This document shows positions 1-8,893 of a stretch of DNA of 49,952 bases, one piece after another. The stretch comes from Candidatus Omnitrophota bacterium (GTDB lineage Bacteria > Omnitrophota > Gorgyraeia > Gygaellales > Profunditerraquicolaceae), in NCBI GenBank assembly GCA_041651675.1, contig JBAZIT010000001.1:1-49952 (forward strand). Direction: 5' to 3'. Each line of letters begins with the position of its first letter. Within the stretch, counting starts at the first letter, position 1. Both the position numbers and the translations under genes were made by a program. A model generated the notes under the pieces. The model had not been told where the DNA came from and made no database searches. It saw only the letters and a list, made by a program, of their open reading frames with translations.

Positions 1-25
1 CCGCTATAAGTTATAAACATCTGGC

Positions 26-526
26 TTAAAATTTCTCCCAATGTATTATCTCTTTAAGGTCTCTTTTGTCGACAAGCTTAAACCCGGTTTTATCTTCAGG
101 ATATCCCAGGGCGACCAGGCTGACCAGCTTAAATTCCGGCGGAACGCTTAATAACCCCGCAACTTCGCTGCAATAAGGCTTTTTATCTCCGGCTACCCAG
201 CAAGAGCCGATACCTAATTCAGCGGCGGCGTTCAAGATATTTACCGTAGCCGCGCATCCATCCTCAAGATAATATTTTGTATCCGCACAGAATACAGCAA
301 TACAGGCTTTGGCGGCAACCATAAACCGGGCGTTTTCCGCCAGAGCGCCTATCTTTTGCAAGATCCGGATATTGGTAATTACGACGAATTCCCAGGGCTG
401 AACATTCCTGGCCGTTGGCGAAAAACGCGCAACATCAATTATCTTCTCCAGGGTGTCCTTAGGAATTGCTTTATCCTGATAAGCCCGAATACTCCTTCTG
501 GTTTTAAGCGTATCCAGCGTATCCAT
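26..526 (-). CDS. nitroreductase family protein
   Basis: 166 aa. N-terminus TRRSIRAYQDK...ARFSPTARNVQPWEFVVI is the typical nitroreductase signature. ATG at 524-526 is preceded by a GGGGG Shine-Dalgarno (SD) sequence. Confidence 0.85.
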   Translation of the reverse strand: MDTLDTLKTRRSIRAYQDKAIPKDTLEKIIDVARFSPTARNVQPWEFVVITNIRILQKIGALAENARFMVAAKACIAVFCADTKYYLEDGCAATVNILNAAAELGIGSCWVAGDKKPYCSEVAGLLSVPPEFKLVSLVALGYPEDKTGFKLVDKRDLKEIIHWEKF

Positions 527-557
527 TTTTACCCCCTGCCTGATTATAGTGTTTATT

Positions 558-935
558 TTAAGAAATTTTCCTGCGGATCTCTTCCGGAATGGCTTTAGGT
601 TTTATATTATTATCCACGCAGACGAGGACGGTCTTGGCTTCGGTAATAAGTTTATTATTCTGGTTATAGATCTTATGCTCAAAAATTATCTTTACCGCGG
701 ACATTTCGCCTATTTTTGTCTGGATATCCAGGAAATCGCCGTAAAAAGCCGAACCCCGGTAGTCAATCTCCTGACGGGCAACCACAAATAAAACACCCTG
801 GCCAGCCAGCTCCTTAATGGAGCATCCTTTTTCCGCGAAGAACTCCGTGCGCGCCTCTTCCAGGTATTTCAGGTAATTGGAATAATAAACTACGCTGCCG
901 CAATCCGTATCATGGTAATAGATCTTTTTTTGCAT
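558..935 (-). CDS. acyl-CoA thioesterase, YbgC/4HBT hotdog family
   Basis: 125 aa. YHDTDCGSVVYYSNYLKYLEEARTEFF matches the 4HBT/YbgC catalytic Asp region. Confidence 0.8.
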   Translation of the reverse strand: MQKKIYYHDTDCGSVVYYSNYLKYLEEARTEFFAEKGCSIKELAGQGVLFVVARQEIDYRGSAFYGDFLDIQTKIGEMSAVKIIFEHKIYNQNNKLITEAKTVLVCVDNNIKPKAIPEEIRRKIS

Positions 936-943
936 TATTTTTC

Positions 944-1930
944 CTATAACTTACGTATTATTATATAAGCCAACGCTGATATAAATGCCGAACAAGGGAT
1001 AGTCAGTATCCAGGCCCAGATAATATTTCCGGCTACTCCCCACCTGACCGCGCTCAGGCGCTTGATCGAACCTACGCCCATAATGGAACCGGTAATCGTA
1101 TGCGTAGTGCTTACCGGAACGCCTAACGCGGAAGAAACAAAGAGCATAATGGCTGCACCTGACTCCGCGCAAAATCCGTCAATGGGCTTAAGCTTGGCTA
1201 CTTTCTGACCCATCGTCTTGACAATGCGCCAGCCGCCGAATATCGTGCCCAGGGCAATAGCCGCATGGCAGCTGATGACGATCCATAAAGGAATATGAAA
1301 TGTTTTACCCAGGAGTCCCGCGCTAAAAAGCAAGCTGGCGATGATACCCATGGTCTTCTGGGCGTCGTTGCCGCCGTGGCCCATACTATACAACGCCGCG
1401 GACAAAAGCTGTCCCTTCCTGAAAATATGATCTACCTTCAAAGGAATACTCCGGCTAAAACTCCGATAAACTACCAGGCCAAATATAAGCCCCAGGATAA
1501 AACCCAGCACCGGAGAGATAAAGATAAAAGCGATGGTCTTGGCTATGCCTTGCCAGACCAGCGAACCTGCTCCGGATTTAACCAGGGCCGCACCGACCAT
1601 ACCGCCGATGAGCGCGTGCGATGAGCTTGTGGGTAAGCCAAAATACCAGGTGATAATGTTCCAGCCGCAGGCGCCGATAAGCGTGGCAAAAATTACCCCG
1701 TTATCGATAATCGCTATATCAATGATCCCTTTGCCGATAGTATTGGCGACATGCAGCCCGAAAAAAAGAAAAGCGACAAAATTAAAAAAAGCCGCCCAGG
1801 CAACTGCCAGGCGCGGAGAGAGCACGCGGGTAGAAACGATCGTAGCAATAGAATTAGCCGAATCATGGAAGCCGTTCAAGAAATCAAAAACCAGGGCCAG
1901 CAGGATCAGCAGAAGTATGCCTAAAGTCAT
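944..1930 (-). CDS. inorganic phosphate transporter, PiT family
   Basis: 328 aa polytopic membrane protein. It carries the duplicated GxHDSANSIAT / GGNDAQKTMG PiT signatures. Confidence 0.9.
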   Translation of the reverse strand: MTLGILLLILLALVFDFLNGFHDSANSIATIVSTRVLSPRLAVAWAAFFNFVAFLFFGLHVANTIGKGIIDIAIIDNGVIFATLIGACGWNIITWYFGLPTSSSHALIGGMVGAALVKSGAGSLVWQGIAKTIAFIFISPVLGFILGLIFGLVVYRSFSRSIPLKVDHIFRKGQLLSAALYSMGHGGNDAQKTMGIIASLLFSAGLLGKTFHIPLWIVISCHAAIALGTIFGGWRIVKTMGQKVAKLKPIDGFCAESGAAIMLFVSSALGVPVSTTHTITGSIMGVGSIKRLSAVRWGVAGNIIWAWILTIPCSAFISALAYIIIRKL

Positions 1931-1937
1931 AATTATT

Positions 1938-2564
1938 TTAAGCCTGTTTTACGATTATGGAATCTACCACGTGGGCGACATCTTCGCAGATATCCAGGAC
2001 AGTCTCGGCATCCTGGTAGATCTCTTTCCATTTAATGACCGTGATCGGATCTTTTTCCGTTTCAAAAAGTTCGGCCAGCACCTTATCCCGCATCGCATCG
2101 CCGACATTCTCCAGGCGGTTGATCTCTACGCAGGCTTCCGAAATAGACTTGTAATTTTTCATATTGCGCATCCCTTTTACCGCGCACTCTACCGCCCGCA
2201 CCGACTCTTCAATTACCACGGCGAACTCAATAAGGTTTTTATCAACCCGGGTTATCTTATAGATCTTTAAACGGCTGACAATGGTATTGATCATATCAAT
2301 AATATCATCCAGCTCTTTGGCCAGGTCATGTATGTCTTCGCGGTCAAAAGGCGTAATAAAGGTCTTGTTCAGCTGGTTGAATATGTCATGCGTGGCTTCA
2401 TCGCCCTGATGCTCAATACTGCCTATTTTATCAATTTCTTTCTGCTCTATGGCGCCGTCTGAAACTAGCTGCTTAAAATAAACCGCCGCGTCTACCGCAT
2501 AGCTGACCTGCTTTTCAAACAGCGCAAAAAAATCCGTCCCTTTGGGAAAAAATTTAGCAAGCAT
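1938..2564 (-). CDS. DUF47 (PhoU-related) phosphate transport accessory protein
   Basis: 208 aa helical protein immediately upstream of the PiT gene, which is the classic DUF47-Pit pair. SD AAGGAG precedes the ATG. Confidence 0.8.
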   Translation of the reverse strand: MLAKFFPKGTDFFALFEKQVSYAVDAAVYFKQLVSDGAIEQKEIDKIGSIEHQGDEATHDIFNQLNKTFITPFDREDIHDLAKELDDIIDMINTIVSRLKIYKITRVDKNLIEFAVVIEESVRAVECAVKGMRNMKNYKSISEACVEINRLENVGDAMRDKVLAELFETEKDPITVIKWKEIYQDAETVLDICEDVAHVVDSIIVKQA

Positions 2565-2608
2565 GAATCACTCCTTTATTTTATCAACAGGTAGGGTTAT
2601 GTTTTATT

Positions 2609-2635
2609 ATTATACCAATATTTTAAAAATTTCAA
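2609..2635 (-). promoter_or_regulatory. putative promoter of the DUF47-pit operon (extended -10)
   Basis: Minus-sense TTGAAA-15 nt-TATAAT, with a TGG giving a TGnTATAAT extended -10. The 15-nt spacer is short, so the call is uncertain. Confidence 0.35.
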
Positions 2636-2670
2636 AGCAATAATTAGAAAAATACTCCTGAATAAAGAAT

Positions 2671-2698
2671 TTGATTTAACGGATAAATCGGATATAAT
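2671..2698 (+). promoter_or_regulatory. putative promoter of the CDF gene, leaderless geometry
   Basis: TTGATT-16 nt-TATAAT, then only TAGGTT (6 nt) before ATG 2705. There is no SD. Confidence 0.45.
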
Positions 2699-2704
2699 TA
2701 GGTT

Positions 2705-3583
2705 ATGAATAATCTATCCGTTCAAGAACACTACCAGCGTATCAGGATGGTACTGATCATCGTCCTGGTTTTGAACTGGGCTGTTGCCTTAGCCAAGATC
2801 ATTTACGGCTTACTGACCCGCTGCGCCAGTATCACTGCCGACGGATTCCATTCATTATCCGATGGCGCATCTAACCTGATCGGCCTGGCCGGAATACATT
2901 TTGCCTGCCAACCGGTGGACCAGGACCATCCTTACGGCCACCGTAAATATGAAACCTTTTTTTCTCTGGGCATTGCCGGGCTGCTTTTCCTGGTCGCGGT
3001 AGGTTTGATCCACGAAAGCATAGGGAGGCTGCGTAATCCGGTAGCTCCTTTCATCGACTTTAAGAGTTTCCTGATTATGGCCATAACCATGGTCATAAAT
3101 TTCCTGGTAATGCGCTATGAAGAAAAAAACGGAAAGTCCTTAAAAAGTGACCTACTCCTGTCGGATGCTTTGCACACAAGATCCGATATCTTTATCTCTC
3201 TTTCAGTTATTATCGCCTTAGCGGTCATAAGGCTGGGCTTTCCTATCCTGGATCCAATCGCTACCATAATCATCGCTTTTTTTATCGCGCATTCCGGATA
3301 CGAGATCGTCAAACACAGCTCCCGGGTCCTCTGCGATACTGCCGCGATAGATGACTCCAGGAAAATAACGGATATAGTCCTAAGTATAAAAGGAGTAAAA
3401 ACCTGCCATAAGATAAGGACGCGCGGACGGCCGGACGATATTCATGTAGACCTGCATGTCCAGGTTAAGCGGGATATGCGTATGGATGAAGCGCACAGGA
3501 TAAGCTTTGCGATTGAAGATGCCCTGAAGAAAGGCATCCCGGAGATTACCGACGTGGTAGTGCACATGGAACCCGGAAATTAG
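2705..3583 (+). CDS. cation diffusion facilitator (CDF) family metal efflux transporter
   Basis: 292 aa. It has six predicted TM segments, HSLSDG and HTRSD metal-site motifs, and a C-terminal cytoplasmic domain. Confidence 0.9.
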   Translation: MNNLSVQEHYQRIRMVLIIVLVLNWAVALAKIIYGLLTRCASITADGFHSLSDGASNLIGLAGIHFACQPVDQDHPYGHRKYETFFSLGIAGLLFLVAVGLIHESIGRLRNPVAPFIDFKSFLIMAITMVINFLVMRYEEKNGKSLKSDLLLSDALHTRSDIFISLSVIIALAVIRLGFPILDPIATIIIAFFIAHSGYEIVKHSSRVLCDTAAIDDSRKITDIVLSIKGVKTCHKIRTRGRPDDIHVDLHVQVKRDMRMDEAHRISFAIEDALKKGIPEITDVVVHMEPGN

Positions 3584-4679
3584 CTCCAAAATCAGTAAGG
3601 AATCTGGCTTTCAGCAACCCCTCCTCCCATTCTCCCTGCGCTGTAGAATCCCAGACAATGCCTCCGCCTATTCCCATTTCGGCAAGGCCTTGGTTGATCA
3701 GGATGGTGCGGATAGGAATATTGAAAAACATATCCCTGTCCGGAGAAATATAACCGATAGCTCCGGTGTAAATCTTACGCTCCTCAAGCTCAAGCCCTCT
3801 TATAATACCCATTGCGCGGATCTTAGGCGCTCCGGTAACCGAACCTGAAGGAAAAAGCGCAGAAAAAAGCCCGTAAATGGATATATCCCTGTCTATCCTC
3901 CCGGTTACCGTGGAGGTCATCTGAAAAAGTTTCCGGTATTTGGCTACTTCAAAGAGTTTGGGCGCCCGGATCTTTACGCCCACCCTTCCCAGGTCATTCC
4001 TCAGGAGATCAGCGATCATTACATTTTCCGCCCTGTTCTTTTCGTCATATTGGAAATTCCAACGGTTGGTTAAATCAGCTGCCAGCCAGCTTCCGCGCTG
4101 CCAAGTGCCTTTCATGGGCTTGGTGACTGCGCTCCCGGCTATTTTTTTGATGAACATCTCCGGAGAGAGGGAAAGAATTTGGAAAAGACCTGTATCTATA
4201 TACGCCGGATATGGCACAGGTTGTTCCCTGAACAACGTATGGTATAGAGAAAATGGATCTCCCGCAAATTGAAACAATAATTTAATACAGTAGGTGATCT
4301 GGTAGACATCGCCTTTTTCAATATAGCGGCGTATCTCCTGGATATTCGCGGAATATTTATCCTGCGTAATGTTCAAGCGCAGCTCTTTCAAGCTGCCGTC
4401 GAGAGATTGTCTTTTGGGTTCTATCCCCCGGCAAAGAGGCGCCTTATATACGCCCAGGTAAATAAGAGGAAATTCGTAGGTTTTATTCTCACGCAGGCTG
4501 TCTTCAAACTGGTATCCTGCCTCATAAGAGAAGAAACCTGCCAGGTAATAGCCGGATTTAAGCGCGGATTCCATCTCCTGAAAACAAGCGTTGAATTCTG
4601 CCGGATTAAAGCAGGATATGATAAATTCCGGTTTTTGGAATAAAAGTGGTTTTTTATTGAAGTGAGTTAAGACTCGCAT
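3546..4679 (-). CDS. chorismate-utilising enzyme, aminodeoxychorismate/anthranilate synthase component I family
   Basis: 377 aa. SPEMF, GSVTGAPK and GGGIVWDS motifs are those of the chorismate-binding domain. The 3' end overlaps the convergent CDF gene by 38 nt. Confidence 0.75.
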   Translation of the reverse strand: MRVLTHFNKKPLLFQKPEFIISCFNPAEFNACFQEMESALKSGYYLAGFFSYEAGYQFEDSLRENKTYEFPLIYLGVYKAPLCRGIEPKRQSLDGSLKELRLNITQDKYSANIQEIRRYIEKGDVYQITYCIKLLFQFAGDPFSLYHTLFREQPVPYPAYIDTGLFQILSLSPEMFIKKIAGSAVTKPMKGTWQRGSWLAADLTNRWNFQYDEKNRAENVMIADLLRNDLGRVGVKIRAPKLFEVAKYRKLFQMTSTVTGRIDRDISIYGLFSALFPSGSVTGAPKIRAMGIIRGLELEERKIYTGAIGYISPDRDMFFNIPIRTILINQGLAEMGIGGGIVWDSTAQGEWEEGLLKARFLTDFGANFRVPCALPRR

Positions 4680-4755
4680 GGCCTTTTTTAAAGAAGGCCT
4701 GGGTGCCCGGAAGGAATTTACGGGTTAGAGGTCATGACCATTCTTAGTTTATCTA

Positions 4756-4784
4756 ATTATAAAGGCAAGCCCCGGTTATGGCAA
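4756..4784 (-). promoter_or_regulatory. putative promoter upstream of the chorismate-utilising enzyme gene
   Basis: Minus-sense TTGCCA-17 nt-TATAAT, located just after the phoU stop codon. Confidence 0.4.
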
Positions 4785-4787
4785 GGA

Positions 4788-5453
4788 TTATAATCTTTCC
4801 GGATGGTGCCTGACCACCTGCGCCTTGACCATATAAATAATGTCTTCGGCGATATTGGTGGCATGATCGCAGATGCGTTCCAAAAAACGGGCGATCAGCA
4901 AGAGCTGCACTGCCCGCGGGCTGGTCGAGCCGTCCTTAACCATATATTCTTCTACCAGTTCTTTCTGGATGGAATTCCTTAACTTATCCGCTTCAGGGTC
5001 AGAGAGCAAAACTTTGGTTGCCAGTTCTATATCGCCTTTTATAAAAGCGTCTATCGCTGTTTTTACCATATCCTGGGCTATGGCGGTTAATTGCGGTATG
5101 TCGACCAGGGGCTTTAAAAGCGGCTGATCGGCGAGCTCAAGCGCGCGCTGGGCTATATCCACGGCTATGTCGGCGATCCTCTCCAGCTCATTATTCAGCT
5201 TCATCCCGGTAGCTATGAAACGCAGGTCTTTAGCCATCGGCTGGTGCCGGGCGATAAGGTCCAGGCACTTCTCATCTATAGAGAGCTCAAGCTCATCGAT
5301 CTTCTTATCATTCTCAATTACGCTCTTAGCCATATCCTTATCGCGGCCCTTTAACGCCTCGATGGACTTATAAATAGCCTCCTGCGCAAAAGTACCTATC
5401 CTTAGAATATCGTTATTCAGGTCTTTCAGTTCTGCGTCAAAATGCCTTTCCAT
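4788..5453 (-). CDS. phoU: phosphate signalling complex protein PhoU
   Basis: Two PhoU repeats are present. I place the start at MERHFDAELK (ATG 5451-5453), which has GGAG upstream. The longer tracked ORF would overlap pstB. Confidence 0.9.
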   Translation of the reverse strand: MERHFDAELKDLNNDILRIGTFAQEAIYKSIEALKGRDKDMAKSVIENDKKIDELELSIDEKCLDLIARHQPMAKDLRFIATGMKLNNELERIADIAVDIAQRALELADQPLLKPLVDIPQLTAIAQDMVKTAIDAFIKGDIELATKVLLSDPEADKLRNSIQKELVEEYMVKDGSTSPRAVQLLLIARFLERICDHATNIAEDIIYMVKAQVVRHHPERL

Positions 5454-5466
5454 ATTATCTCCTTTT

Positions 5467-6228
5467 TTATCCGAACCTGCCGGTAATATATGCCTCGGTG
5501 CGTTTATCCTTAGGCGCGGTAAAGATTTCCTGGGTTTTCCCGAATTCAATCAGTTCGCCCAGGAGGAAAAAACCCGTGTAATCCGCTACCCGCGCTGCCT
5601 GCTGCATATTATGGGTAACGATAATAATGGTATAATCCTTTTTCAGCTCAAGGATAAGTTCCTCGATCTTAGCCGTTGAGATCGGGTCAAGGCTGGCGCA
5701 GGGCTCGTCAAAAAGGATCACTTCGGATTCAACGGCCAGGCAGCGGGCTATGCATAATCTCTGTTGTTGTCCACCGGACAACTTAAGCGCGCTGTCATGC
5801 AACCTCCCCTCAACTTCTTCCCAGAGCGCTGCCCTCTTTAAAGATTGCACTACCCTTGCTTCAATAAAATCCCTGTCTTTTATACCGTTTACCTTCAGGC
5901 CATAGCTGATATTGTCAAAAATACTCTTAGGAAAAGGATTAGGTTTTTGAAAAACCATCCCCACCCGCCTTCTAATGCTTACCGGATCAACCGCAGGCCC
6001 GTTTATATCCAGGTCATCCAGGTAAACAGCGCCATTAAGCGCGGTGTGCATAACCAGCTCATTCATCCGGTTAAACAACCTTATAAAGGTTGATTTTCCG
6101 CAGCCGGACGGCCCGATCAAAGCAGTAACCTGATTGGCGTAAATATCTATACTTACGTTCTTCAGGGCCTGATGCTTGCCGTAAAAGAAACTTATGTCCT
6201 GCGCTTTCATTTTTATATTTTTATCCAT
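5467..6228 (-). CDS. pstB: phosphate ABC transporter ATP-binding protein PstB
   Basis: Walker [10 protein letters not shown], signature LSGGQQQR and Walker B ILFDEP. The start is taken at MDKNIK, which overlaps the pstA stop by 8 nt. Confidence 0.95.
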   Translation of the reverse strand: MDKNIKMKAQDISFFYGKHQALKNVSIDIYANQVTALIGPSGCGKSTFIRLFNRMNELVMHTALNGAVYLDDLDINGPAVDPVSIRRRVGMVFQKPNPFPKSIFDNISYGLKVNGIKDRDFIEARVVQSLKRAALWEEVEGRLHDSALKLSGGQQQRLCIARCLAVESEVILFDEPCASLDPISTAKIEELILELKKDYTIIIVTHNMQQAARVADYTGFFLLGELIEFGKTQEIFTAPKDKRTEAYITGRFG

Positions 6229-7069
6229 ATTGTTGCCTCTGCCTTTGCCTGATGAATATCGCAATTGCCGTTATGAACAAAACAATGAATAATAAAACCA
6301 GGCTGCAGCCGTAAGCTATAGCCCTCTGCTGCTCCGGATGCACACCCTCCGTCATCAACGCGTAAATATGGTATGGTAAAGCCATTACTTCTGAAAACAC
6401 TGAACGGGGAAAACCGCGCATATAAAATGCCGCGCAGGTAAAAAGAATAGGCGCGGTCTCTCCGGCAACCCTGCCGATACTAAGGATTATCCCGGTCAGG
6501 ATCCCGGGCAAAGCAGCAGGCAGAACGATCCTCTTAATCGTTTCCCATTTAGTCGCGCCTAACGATAAAGATGCCTCTCTAATGGATTGGGGAACAGCCA
6601 TAAGCGCCTCCTGGGCAGAAGAAATAATTAAAGGGAGCGCCAGGATCCCCAGGGTCAGGCTTCCGGCAAGGATAGATACGCCCAGGCCAAGCAGCTTCAC
6701 GAAAACAGCCAGGCCGAAAAGCCCGAAGACAACCGAAGGGACTCCGGCTAAATTATTGATGCTCATCCGTATAATATTGACGATAAAGCCTTTCGGCGAA
6801 TACTCACAGAGGTATATCGCGCAAGCCAGGCCTAACGGCAGGGCAAAAATTATCGCTCCCAGGGTAATATAGAATGTCCCGACAATCGCCGGGGCAATCC
6901 CTCCCTGGGTCATCCCGGAACGAGGTACCTGAGTAAGGAATTCCCAGGAGATAACCTGAGACCCCCTTACGGCAATAAAAAAAATGATCGACCCCAGGGC
7001 AAACAAAGTAAAGAGCATGCACAGGAATAACCCGCTAAACCCTAAATTCTGGATATATTTCCTTTTCAT
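6221..7069 (-). CDS. pstA: phosphate ABC transporter permease PstA
   Basis: 282 aa permease with an EAA-like loop. ATGA overlap with pstC. Confidence 0.9.
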   Translation of the reverse strand: MKRKYIQNLGFSGLFLCMLFTLFALGSIIFFIAVRGSQVISWEFLTQVPRSGMTQGGIAPAIVGTFYITLGAIIFALPLGLACAIYLCEYSPKGFIVNIIRMSINNLAGVPSVVFGLFGLAVFVKLLGLGVSILAGSLTLGILALPLIISSAQEALMAVPQSIREASLSLGATKWETIKRIVLPAALPGILTGIILSIGRVAGETAPILFTCAAFYMRGFPRSVFSEVMALPYHIYALMTEGVHPEQQRAIAYGCSLVLLFIVLFITAIAIFIRQRQRQQYG

Positions 7070-7950
7070 CCGCTTAAGCCCAGTTTTAGGCGGAAGCGCC
7101 GGCTGACCAGCTCCGCAATGATATTAAATAAGAAAGTGACCAAAAAAAGGACCAGGGCTATGCCAAACAAGGCGTGATAATGCGCCCCTCCCATCGGCGC
7201 TTCTCCCATCTCCGCGGCGATTGCCGCAGTCATCGGCCGCACCGGCTCTAAAAAAGTATGCGGGATTACTGCCGCGCCGCCGGCAACCATCAATACAGTC
7301 ATTGTCTCGCCGATTGCCCGGCTCATCCCCAGTATGATTGCCGTGGAAATTCCTGAACCGGCAGCCGGGATTACTACCCGCGTCAAAGTTTGCCATCTAT
7401 CCGCGCCTAAGGCAAAAGAAGCTTCGCGGAAGGCCTTAGGGACATAATTTAAAGCATCCTCCGCTATACTGCATACCGTAGGTATGGCCATAACCCCCAA
7501 GATCAGGCTGGCATTTAAAGCAGTCAAGCCCGTAGGCAGATGGAATAATTCCTGTAAAAACGGCGTAACAATAACCATGCCGAAAAAACCAAAGACTACC
7601 GATGGTATGCTCGCCAGCAGTTCGATCAAGGGCTTAAGGATATCTTTCTGCCTGGGCCCGGCTAATTCATTCAGGTATAAAGCGCTCCCCACCCCTAGAG
7701 GCACGCAGACCATAACTGCGCCAAGAGTAACCCAGGCCGAAGCCAGTATCAGGGGAAGAATTCCGAACTCCGGCGGCTCATAGGTCGGATACCAGAACTT
7801 ACCGAACAGGAAGTCCAGTACCTGCACCTTTTTAAAAATAGGCAGCGCTTCCCTGAACAGGATAATAATAATGCCTACAAGGGAGACTAATGATGCAAAT
7901 GCCAAAACCGTAAATACCCACTTATATATTTTTTCCCTGCTCTTTGCCAT
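7066..7950 (-). CDS. pstC: phosphate ABC transporter permease PstC
   Basis: 294 aa permease. Gene order is pstS-C-A-B-phoU. Confidence 0.9.
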   Translation of the reverse strand: MAKSREKIYKWVFTVLAFASLVSLVGIIIILFREALPIFKKVQVLDFLFGKFWYPTYEPPEFGILPLILASAWVTLGAVMVCVPLGVGSALYLNELAGPRQKDILKPLIELLASIPSVVFGFFGMVIVTPFLQELFHLPTGLTALNASLILGVMAIPTVCSIAEDALNYVPKAFREASFALGADRWQTLTRVVIPAAGSGISTAIILGMSRAIGETMTVLMVAGGAAVIPHTFLEPVRPMTAAIAAEMGEAPMGGAHYHALFGIALVLFLVTFLFNIIAELVSRRFRLKLGLSG

Positions 7951-7970
7951 ATTATTTATAAAAAAGGAGG

Positions 7971-7997
7971 GCGCGGCAAAGGGATACTTTGCCGCGC
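7971..7997 (-). terminator. intercistronic stem-loop between pstS and pstC (partial terminator or mRNA stabiliser)
   Basis: 11-bp perfect stem GCGCGGCAAAG/CTTTGCCGCGC with a 5-nt loop. In mRNA sense it is followed by CCUCC and then UUUUUU. Confidence 0.5.
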
Positions 7998-8025
7998 TTG
8001 CCTTAAACGAGTAAACGCTATTTAA

Positions 8026-8862
8026 CTATTTTAAGGCCACGAACCCCTGTTCGTCGACGATCTTCTGCCCTTCTTTACTCTTGACAAACTCAATAAAATC
8101 CCTGGTGGCGTTAACCGGCGCACCGTTGGTGTACATATAAAGCGGCCGGGATACCGGGTATTTATCAGCAAGCACGGTTTCTTTGGTCGGCCTTACCCCT
8201 TCTACATCCAGGGCTTTTACTTCCTGATTAATATATCCTAACCCGACATAGCCGATCGCGCCCGGAGTGCGGCTGACTATGGAGCTGACTGCCTGGTTGG
8301 ATGCCTGCATCAGAGCGTCCGGCCTGACCTTTTGCCCTCCAAGTACAAGGACCGAAAATGCCTCAAAGGTACCGCTGGAAGTATCGCGGGAAACTACAAC
8401 GATCTTCTCGTCCTTGCCTCCGAGCTGCTTCCAGTTGGAAACATTACCCGTGTATATATCCGCCAGCTGTTTCTTTTTTAAACCGGCTACGGGATTAGCC
8501 GGATTCACGATCAAGGCGATCCCATCCATAGCAACAACGTGGGCTTTTGGGCTGACGCCGCCGGTAGCAGCTTTGTCCAATTCGCTGTCTTTAATTACCC
8601 GGGAGGAATCCGCGATATCGCAGGTCTTATCTATCAGAGAAGCTATTCCTACGCCAGAACCGCCCCCGCGCACGACAACTTCTACATCCGGATTCTGGCG
8701 CATGAAAAATTCCGCGGATACCTGGGCAATCGGCAGGACAGTAGTTGAACCCTCAATAATGATCTTACTCTTATCCTCTCCGTAAGGCCCGCCGGCATAA
8801 CCGGTCAAAGCGCACCCAAAGATTAAACCCGCTGTTAGTACGGCTTGCAATATATTTTTCAT
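8026..8862 (-). CDS. pstS: phosphate-binding protein PstS (probable lipoprotein)
   Basis: 278 aa. It has a signal peptide with LIFGC, a GSTTV motif and a SRDTSSGT phosphate-binding motif. Confidence 0.9.
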   Translation of the reverse strand: MKNILQAVLTAGLIFGCALTGYAGGPYGEDKSKIIIEGSTTVLPIAQVSAEFFMRQNPDVEVVVRGGGSGVGIASLIDKTCDIADSSRVIKDSELDKAATGGVSPKAHVVAMDGIALIVNPANPVAGLKKKQLADIYTGNVSNWKQLGGKDEKIVVVSRDTSSGTFEAFSVLVLGGQKVRPDALMQASNQAVSSIVSRTPGAIGYVGLGYINQEVKALDVEGVRPTKETVLADKYPVSRPLYMYTNGAPVNATRDFIEFVKSKEGQKIVDEQGFVALK

Positions 8863-8893
8863 TTTCTTCTCCTTGTTTTCAAAATATATACTA

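Noticed and set aside
1533-2270. A 245-aa + strand ORF spanning the Pit/DUF47 boundary. Similar long antisense ORFs occur at 8267-8785, 26305-26715, 28267-28722, 36424-36897, 37605-38102, 45062-45526 and 45926-46462.
   Set aside because: Each lies entirely antisense to a gene with strong family motifs. Each has low-complexity, Ser/Pro/Arg-rich composition, no SD or promoter, and in one case crosses a gene junction. These are typical shadow ORFs.
2565-2704. Looked for the same 11-bp-phased TTTTAC-type Pho box upstream of the DUF47-pit operon.
   Set aside because: Only loose AT-rich resemblance (CTTTGAA...TTAAAAT) was found, in a different register relative to the -10. It is not distinguishable from background AT-rich DNA.
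4680-4787. The GGTCATGACC palindrome and the GGCCTT...AAGGCC hairpin in the leader of the chorismate-utilising gene, considered as a folate-type riboswitch.
   Set aside because: The structures are short, with no resemblance I can verify to THF or other aptamers. The evidence is insufficient.
5454-5549. N-terminal extensions of tracked ORFs: phoU to 5549, pstB to 6264, MacA-like to 21776, thi4 to 30445, the 75-aa ORF to 10461, and wHTH-TolC to 41008.
   Set aside because: The extended starts overlap the upstream gene or are TTG/GTG codons sitting inside the SD of a downstream ATG. The internal ATGs have proper SD spacing and give family-typical N-termini.
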